Assembly (NCBI GenBank): GCA_964016885.1
Contig: OZ024750.1
Location: forward strand, 22,630,001 to 22,694,000
Length of the DNA stretch: 64,000 bases
From: Eledone cirrhosa
Taxonomy: Eukaryota
Direction of reading: 5' to 3'
The notes below the pieces were generated by a model. The model saw only the letters and a list, made by a program, of their open reading frames with translations, was not told the origin of the DNA and searched no databases. The position numbers were made by a program, and so were the translations under genes. Shown here piece after piece: positions 54,961-64,000 of the stretch (its first letter is position 1; each line of letters starts with the position of its first letter).

Positions 54961-55639
54961 ATCCATCTAACTGTTAGATGGATTTTTTCCACTGTGGTAA
55001 TATGCATTAGATTCTAATGTATATTACTACAGGATAATGCATGCATGTAAAAGTTTAAGTTTAGCCCTTTTGTCACCACTTTTCAAATGAAATACAGTGT
55101 TTGAATTAATTAATAAATAATTTGGAGGGATTTACTAGAATTATTAGTTATTTCCTTATTAACCCTTTTGATAAACTGCCTTTCATCCTTTCAGGACTAA
55201 TAAGATAGTAGTGGACTGGTAGAATCATTTGAGCATTAGATAGAACACTTGGCAGTATTTGTTCTGGCTCTTTGTATTCTGAGTTCAAATTCTGCCATAG
55301 CAGACTTAATCTGTTGCCTGGTTTAACACCACTACCTGGCCCTAGGGTGCCTTTAGTAGAGTTCTCTGTTGTAAATATTTGGACCAGGTTTAAGCACACC
55401 GCCCTCCCTCCACCTCACAGATTCCCTAAAATGGGGATTATAGACACTGCCCTCCCTCCTAACTAAGTGATTTTTAAAATAAAACACCAAAAAAGAATAA
55501 TTTTGAGCTTACTATATAATATATGAATTTTATAGAAGTTTTTAGTTGAAATATCAAGTGATTTTTATTGTTGTGTTATGAGTTTTGATATATATATTCT
55601 GATGTAAATGTAACTTTGAGGTTTTATTTTAAATTCTCA

Positions 55640-55900
55640 AAGATTGGTTGGAATTAGACTTATTCTTAATTTCAATGGAAGAAACCCACATCTACATGAC
55701 TGAAAAATATAGCAGTCTAATCAGTCGCCTGAAGTTCTTGCAATAGAGGCTGAAGCTAGGGGGTTTGTAGACAAATCTATCCTATAATCTAATGAAACAG
55801 CTCTCAATCTCAGGGAAGAAAAGGACTAAAACCCATAAAGCTAGTGGAGAAGAGTTCCAGCTAGATCTGGTCAAGGAGAAAGAAGCAATCTCCACATAGC
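55640..55900 (+). mobile_element. Decayed restriction-like-endonuclease (HERO/NeSL-type) non-LTR fragment
   Basis: Frameshifted pieces MEETHIYMTEKYSSL..LAIEAEARGFVDKS..LMKQLSISG..EKSSS*IWSRR resemble the RLE C-terminus (KY..L....IEVG.RGF...S.WIW..R). Confidence 0.45.
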
Positions 55901-57406
55901 TTAAGTGTCCTACCCACAAGTCTCTGATATCCAAGTGGTTAAAAGGTGTCAGTAGAAGGGCACTAAGGAGTTATGATCTGGATGTGGCCCAGCTCCATTA
56001 GAGTGTAAGGAGTTTAGGACTGAAACACTTGCATGAGGTGTGGGGGGGGGGTCTCTTCTCAGAATAGCGTCTGCACTCCGACTCTCCTTAACCCTTTAAT
56101 GTTCAAACCAGCCAGAATTCTCTACCTCTTTCTGTTGAAACTGGTCGCTCAAACTGATGTTAAGGTATTGTTCTCAAAATAAATACTTTCAAAATCTCAT
56201 AGATTCGATATTTTGTGAGATAATTATGCGAGATAAAACCTTTACCATGAAAATATAATAGTATATATAGAGTAATGTGAATACTAAAGATACTGTTCAC
56301 AGTCTGGACTGGGGCCCTTGTCCTTAAAACACCCAAGAACACTCTTTTGACATGCAACTTTATAGGAGGCTGCCAAAATCTAAGCCAGTGTGAATTGTAA
56401 CAACATTATTGTTCATCTTAGAAGTGTCAACTGACTGTTTACTTTTGTGTCCCTGCATCACATGTTACGTACAAATAATAGGGCAGGAAAAGGCCCTTAA
56501 TTCCTGAAGTTGTAGGGATCCCAATGTGACACACAGCATGTCTGGCATATTAAACCTGGTGGAACCTATCCCTTACCAGATCTGAACACAGCCCATTTCT
56601 TCTAGAGAGAGTGAGAAAGAGATAGAGAGGAAAAAAAGTTGACCCCCAGCATTTAACTGGTACTTCATTTATTGACTACAAAAAGATAATGAGCAAAGTT
56701 GATCTCAGTGGGATTCAAACTCAGAGTGTGGTGAGCCAGAACAAATACTGAGATATTTAATCCAATGCCTTAATTTGCCACTTTGATACTCCAAATAATA
56801 CAAGAAGCAAAATACTTAAAAATTTTTAGTGAAATTTAACATTTTAACTCTTTTGATACTGACCCGCCCAAAACTACCTCAAGTTCTATAAAACAAAACC
56901 ACCTCTATTAAATGGGTACCTATTTGAATTAAAATCTTCCAACATAATTTTATATAAGAGCCTTTTATTAAATTAGGTTACAAATACCATCTTAAAAATT
57001 AAATAATTTTAGTAAATCTCTTCAAATTCTTCATTAATACAGTGTATCTCATTAGAAATATGGCCCAAAAAAGGGTTAAGAAGCACCAGGAGCAATGTTA
57101 TAGGAAGGTTACTTACAACCTAGTTCAACAAGCATTGTACCAGTTGGTTATTTTCATTGAAGGAAGGGTTGAGCAATCTCTAAAGTTGTAGAACAGCTGA
57201 TGTATATATTATAGAGTGACAGGAGATAATAACTGAAGTTAAACTAAGTAGCCTAGCAATAAACCAGTAGAATTTAGTATCAGGTCACTGTTTATAAACA
57301 ACTATTATACATAATATAAAACACATCCGTTGTAAATAGAAGTTATTATTGGTATAATAAACTTAAATAGATTTCGGCCAGAACAGGCCCAGGTCATATC
57401 TAACAT

Positions 57407-57792
57407 AACTCTTAACATCCTGTAATGATTTTGCAGAAAATACTTAAAAACAGATTTGTCAATTCAAATGTTTACTAGCAGATAGGTCTTTGTGGAAATT
57501 TGCAATATTAAAGTAAAGAGTTTATATTCTAATGTGATTCAGGCATAGTGTTGTTTTGTCTTTTCCAAGAATGTTTTACTAATGTGGTTTCATACAGTAT
57601 AAGAGATTAACAGTTAAAATGATGCTAACAACAACAACATCAACATCATACACAATATTGGATTATTGACAATAGAAAAGTGCTTTCTTTATGGAATTAT
57701 AATAAAAGAACAGGTTGTTTTTGTGTTGTTTTGTATTTTTCAATAATGTCTTTCTGATGTGGTTTCATGCAGTACAAGATGTTAAGAGTTAA
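57407..57792. mobile_element. AT-rich MITE with ~19-bp TIRs
   Basis: taactcttaacatcctgta ... tacaagatgttaagagtta; related sequence at 4495-4950 and 6950-7850. Confidence 0.65.
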
Positions 57793-60549
57793 ATGTCTTT
57801 ACCAAGATGTGCTATTTAATGTTTAAAACATATTTTGGGACACTAAATACTGGGATACTAAAATACTAATATCTCGATAGCTGTCTGTTGGTCAGAGGTA
57901 AAATATCACACATCACATAATCAATAAAGGAGATTAACAGAATCTATCAGAACTAATGTTACACAAGTATTGACATATATCCCCATCATCACCATTTAAT
58001 ATCTATTTTCCAGGCTTGCATGGGTTAGACAGGTTGTCAAATACTGAGACAAGACAGGTTAGGTGACTATGTGGTGCTCATACAATCCATTTTTGACTTC
58101 GTTTCTATGGTTGAGTGCCTTTCCTAATCTCAACTACTTTACAGCGTATGCTAGCATTTTAGCGTGACTCCATTGCTAACATCTTACAGGGTTGACTGTA
58201 TGTTTTTTGTTGTAGCACCAGCACTACCACTTTGGATGGATAGATGGATATAGACAGACAGAAAGACAGATAAAGGATTTCTATTCTTTACTGAAGTATA
58301 TATACAAAGAGAGTAAATATTAGAAGGCTGTAAAGATGGTATATATAAACAAATAAAAAGATCAAAATACAAGGAAGGAAAAAAAAAATCACTTCAAAGA
58401 ACAGATGTTGATCCTATTTTTACTATATTTTTAATGAAAGACATTACCCATGGTTTTCAAATCATTTTGAAAGCAATTGAGAATTTAGAGGGATTTAGTA
58501 ATATAACTAGCCTTGTCATTATTAACTGTTTAGCATTTAAACAGGCCATATCTGGCTAGAATTCTCTCACCTCTTTCTGTTCAAACTGGCTGTAAGTGGC
58601 CACTCATACTGATGTTAAGGTATTGTTCTCAAAATAAATAATATCAAAATCCCAGAAATTCAATATTATGTGAAGTAAAGCCTTTACCATGAAAATTTGA
58701 TAGTAAATATAGAGTTATGTAAATGTTAAAGGGTTAAGTTGATGTTTGATGCACAACATAATGAAGGTTCTTATATAAATTATAATGATATATTTTTTTA
58801 AATAAACATAAACAGCTTTGTATCATATAAACAGGACTGGAATCTGGAAGTTTGGCATTCAAAGGGATCAACTAAAAACTAACATAGTGTTGTTATATCT
58901 CATATAGCCATAAAAGTACACAAGGAGAATTATATCTATGTTTTTATCACTACTACACATTACTACAAACTTATTTCTTCATAAACACTTGATTAGGTTT
59001 AATGATGAATGTTAACAAAGCAAAATATACACAAATGATAATTAGCCCCACCTTAAACTGACAAACACACACAAAAGTATATATTACTTTCGTTACCATA
59101 TTTCTAATGAAAGACGCTGCCTACAATTTTCAAATAATTTTTAAAATAAAGAATAATTATAAGGGATTTAGTAATATAACAACCTTGATTGGGGTATAAC
59201 AACAAATGATTGGGGTATAACTTAACAAAGGTTCTTACATAGAATTATGATGGGAGTTTTTTTTTTAGATAAATATAAACAACTTTGTATCATAAAACTG
59301 GAGCCATTTTCAAAAGAACTGAAGTGAAAAAAATTACAAATATCAAATTCTCAAAAATTATGGTTATATAAAAATGTGATTTAACATTAAAGTTTATTTC
59401 CCTGCCTATGTATATGTTATTACGTAAAGTCCTGAAATTTCAATCAGCAACAGATAGGATAGTTCCAGAGAATATATTTCCAACATCAATAAATAAACAA
59501 AATGACTAGCTTAAGAAGCATTGAGAAAATTTTAAATGAATGCATCCCAACGCAATAGTTGATCACTGTAAATAATAGTTGGAAAAATCAGGTAAAGTAC
59601 CTCTGGAAACAGAAAAAAGTGGGCGGAGGTGTACATTTCAAATATTAATAAATACATTGATTTATTCAAACTGGTACCAGGATATGTTTCACAAGTTTTT
59701 CATATACATCCTTTAAGTTCTGGGGTGGGCTGTATTAACCCATAGCTGTGCCCCTCATCTTTCAAACATTCCAGGACCCCTCTGACACTTCAATCCTTCA
59801 CTCTACTACAGCAAAAAATTTTTTTAAATGCAGGATCCTCATCCCTGCGGAGCTAGCTAGACTTCAGTCTAGTTAACCTTATGAATAATATAGCCCTGGT
59901 TCTGAGAAGAAAACAAATTCTTGCTTGGAAGATTTTCTAGTATTTAATACCATCATGATACTAGAATTAAATAACTAAAGATGTTTGCAATGTTCGGTTA
60001 AAATGTGTTACAAAATAGAATCGTTCTCTTTCTCTCTCTCTTTTATGTCCCATGTAACCAAAAAAATCTGGTTCTACTTACTCATAGTCCATACGTATTA
60101 TCAACATCACAACAGCAGCAACAACAACAACAAAAACAACAGTAGTAGCAGTATCATGGAAAAGTTTGTTGCTGTTCAACAACACTGCCAAATAACTAGC
60201 TGAAGGTCACTAAAACTCATCATTTAAAAAGTGAGGCCTCTGATGCTGTCTATCTGGCAACATAATTACAAGAAATAGTTTTTTTAGAAATGACACCAAA
60301 AACCATTTAGTGTATTAATGACTTCCTGCTCCATTAAACCGTTCCTCCCTAATAGTACTTGACTTGATGGTGTGTGGAGCCACCACCCCCATTGCAACAT
60401 GGTGACCTTTCACAGCAGGAGGAACAAACAAATAAAAAACACACAGATACTCACTGAAATATTCACTGATAGAAACAATTTTACAAGAGACAATTCAGAT
60501 GACATTTTTACAAATCAGTTTCTCTTAACAATCAAGCAATACAGGAACA

Positions 60550-63000
60550 ACAGCAAATAGGCAGACATCTTGCTTGTCTGTTATATAGTAAATAGGACAA
60601 GCTGTTTATTAAATGATGGAATATAATTGGCTTGATAAAACTATAAAAATAGGACATTCCCTATATCAAACATTAACAGGTTTGATATTAATATCTAAAC
60701 ATCTAAACTGCTTTGGATTGGCAAAATGGGTGGACTGCTGGAGTAGAGCAGCAAATAGACAAGCAAGCTAGTAAATAGGATAAATTCTTCATTAAATGAT
60801 GGAACATACCATATATATATATATACTCGAATATAAACCAACCGCTCTCTATTTTATGTCCGAGAAAAGGGCAAAAACACAAACCCCATTTATAAGCCAA
60901 GGCAGCTAATCAACACATTGTTTAGATAGTATATATAACCCAAACCCCAGCCCCCATTTTGCCATCAATATTTTGGTCTCATATTCCTCTTCTTCACCCA
61001 CTTACTCCTGAGAGGGTCATGGGGGCAGAGTCCTCAAACACTCCTTCCAGCGGGTCCTGTCAGAAGCAACTGTCTCCAACTGATCCAGCTGGATCCCTAA
61101 GCGTGACCAGATAAGCTCATGGATGTTATCCAACCATCTTGGTCAGGGTCCACCCCTGGGTCTCCTATCTGTTGGTTTTGCCCGTAAAATCTGTCCAGCA
61201 ATTCTTTCCTGAGACATTCTAACTACTATCGGACCTGTGATCTCTCAATTTGGAGAAGTAGTGGCTCTACCTGGAGTGACTCTCTGATCTCTGAGCTACA
61301 CACTTTATCGAGTAACGTTACTCCAAAGACCCTCAGTTTATATTCGAGTATGTACAGTAATTGGCTTAATAAAACTATAGAAATAGGACACTCACAATAT
61401 CAGACATTAACAGGTTTGATAACAACATGTAAACATCTAAAGTGTTTTGGATTAGCATAGTGGGAAAAGTAAGAGTGGATAAAATGCTTTGTGGTATTTA
61501 GCTGTAGCCCCTTATGTTCTGAGTTCAAATCCTGTCTAGTTGAACTTTATCTTTTAATTCCTATAGGGTGTCAAAATAAAATACCAGTCAAGTACTGGTT
61601 TCCAGACTATTTAACAGTAAAAAAAGTAAAGACCCCCCTTCAGTCACGAATGACCATGGGATTTGCACCTAGAAAGTTCCCCTCCAAGGTACAAGTCCAG
61701 GCAAGGTTGTTTGTGGAAGACAAGCAGTTGCCCATGTATACCAGTCACCCCTCTCCTGCCACCAATGTTGTCCAAGGGAAAGGCAAAGACCGATACAGCT
61801 TGGCACCAGTGACATCGCAACTCATTTCCACAGATGAGTGAATAAGAGCAATGTGAAATAAAGTGTTTTGCTCAAGAACACAACACAAAGCTCGGTCCAA
61901 GAATCAAACTAACAAGTAAGCCTGATGCTCTAACCACTAAGCCATGCGTCTTCATTTATTTAACAATATGAGAGCAGTAAATAAACAAGCAAGCTAATGA
62001 TAATAAATAGGACAAATTGTTTATTAAATGATGAAATATTTTCAGTTTAATAATAATATTAGAAAAGGACAAAGTATTATCAGACACTATCAATATCTAA
62101 AGCATTGAGGATTTGGCAGAATGGGCAGAGCAGTAGACAAAATGCTTTGTGTTATGTAGCTGTAACCTTGACTTCAAATTCCACTAACGTCAGATTTGCC
62201 AGTTAATTCCTCCATAAGTCAATAAAATGATACACCAGTCGAGTATTGGGGTCCATACTATTTAACAATACAAAAGCAGTAAATAGGCAAGCAGGCTAGT
62301 GATAATAAATAGGACAAATTATATATGAAATGATGGAATATGATTGGTTTAACAGCAATATCAAAATAAGACAAAGTATCAGATATTAATTGGTTTGATA
62401 TTAATATACATGCATGCATAGTCCCACAACTCCTGATGGAGTCGTAGGGGGACAGTGTTGGCATACAGCATTACTGGGGCATTTTCAAACCTGGCAGAAC
62501 CCATCTTTTCTCCAGATCTAAATACAGCAGATCAGCAGATTTCTTCCTGAGAAGGATAGATAGTGAAAGAATGGGAGTTAGAAAGGTGATATAGAGGAAG
62601 AATTGACCCCAGTACTAGATGGATACTTTTTTTATCGACCTCAAATGGATGAAAGGCAAAGTTGATCTTGGCGGGATTTGAAATCAGAGAGTAGAGAGTC
62701 AAAACAAATACTGCAAAGCATTCTATACTCTGCAAATCCACTGCCTTTGATATTAATACATAAACATGTAAAGAGTTGTGGATTGGTTGAATGGGTGGAG
62801 TGGCAAACAAGAGTAGAATATAAACAACCAAGATACTGATAATAAATAGGACACATTGTTCAGTAAATGATGGAATATAATTGCTTTGATAGCAATATTA
62901 AAATATGACAGGACATTCACAATATTAATATGTAAATATCTAATATCCTAATGAGCTGTGGAGTGGTGGGGGTGACATACAAAATACTTTTTGATATTTA
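60550..63000. repeat. Old composite tandem repeat (AT-rich core plus SINE head), ~6 units
   Basis: aaataggacaaattgtttattaaatgatggaatataattgg...gatattaatat recurs near 60590, 60775, 61360, 62005, 62305 and 62845. Confidence 0.6.
60985..61336 (-). mobile_element. RTE (Expander/Rex3-like) LINE 3' fragment
   Basis: VFGVTLLDKVCSSEIRESLQVEPLLLQIERSQ..VVRMSQERI..RRPRGGP*PRWLDNI..L.W.RLGI..DRTRWK. Confidence 0.75.
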
Positions 63001-64000
63001 GTTTATACATTTGTTCTGGGTTCAAACTCTACCAAGGCCAACTTTACTTTTTAATCATCGGGGAAAGCAATAAAATATAGTACCAGTCAAATACTGGGGT
63101 TTCTGACTATATTCTCTTCTCTGCCTCCTCAACACACAAAAAATTGTGACATTGTGCCAATGTTAAAAATCGATGTCAACAAACAAACTGCCAATACTGC
63201 CTAAGACAGGTTTTCATAGCAGCATCAATAACAGTGTGGTTAAGATGTTCACTTTGCAGCCATGTGCCTCATGGTTCAATCTCCCTACCTGGTAACCTGA
63301 GCAAGTATTTTCTACTCTAGCTTTGATTTGTCTAATGTCTTGTGTGAGGAAAATTTGCTAAACAGAAATTGCGTAGAAGCCCATCAAATAAACATATATA
63401 TTTGTGCGTGTGTGTGTGTGTTTGAAACTCAGCTAAACAATAGAGACCAATAAGTGGTGAGGGATGATATATTGTTAAATACCACAAGGCATCCTGTCGA
63501 ATATTATAACAATTCTACCAGTCCATTGTCCTAAATTATTCATCAATCCCGAAAGTATGATAGGCAAAGTTGAACTCAGTGAACTCAGTGAAATTTGAAC
63601 CCAGAATGCAAAGGAGCCAGAATAAATACTGCAAGGTATTTGATTCAATGCTCTCACTCTTCTGCCTATTCCCAGCCTGGAATGGTGTTAAAAAATTACT
63701 AAAATATGGAGGTAGATTCATGGAGGTGGGTGTAAAAACTTTCAGCATTCTCAAGGGAAGAAAAAGTTAAATTCTCAACAATTTTTCTACACATATTGCA
63801 GGAGATAACATTAATGGTGTTAGGAAGGGTATCTAGCAGTATATACCATGCCAAAAAGGAATGTATGAAGGGGACTTGATCTTCCAACCCCTCCAGGAGA
63901 GCAGTAACTCTAAATAAGAACTGAATCTAACCATGACAACCCATCCAAGCCATGATAGCATGCAAAACAGAGAAATGATTATGGTGGTGGTGGTGGTGGT

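Overview
Eukaryotic, AT-rich and microsatellite-dense genomic DNA, most likely an octopus (inferred from the SINE repertoire and repeat density, not proven). Two host genes face each other. On + is the last coding exon of a PPP1R27-like ankyrin-repeat protein with a long acidic tail (26243-27467); its upstream exons were not found in the window. On - is an FRS2/FRS3-family FGFR adaptor whose whole CDS lies in one exon (48399-47062). The rest is (TA)n/(CA)n/(GA)n microsatellite, minisatellites, tRNA-derived SINEs, MITEs and LINE fragments (Tx1/L1, CR1-group, RTE, HERO-like). Almost all other ORFs in the track are microsatellite translations. The main hidden signal lies between about 20 and 39 kb: many short non-coding islands inside (TA)n tracts carry minimal type-I hammerhead ribozyme folds (stem I - CTGAnGA - stem II - GAAA - palindromic loop - TH - stem I). 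I count 9 with an intact or compensated core and about 7 decayed ones. They belong to several sequence families, often form fold-back palindromes, and one is a 591-nt terminally redundant unit. This resembles a diverse population of non-autonomous Penelope-like/retrozyme-type elements. There is also a ~820-bp inverted duplication about 2 kb downstream of the FRS2 stop codon. All folds and identities were read by eye; nothing was computed or searched.
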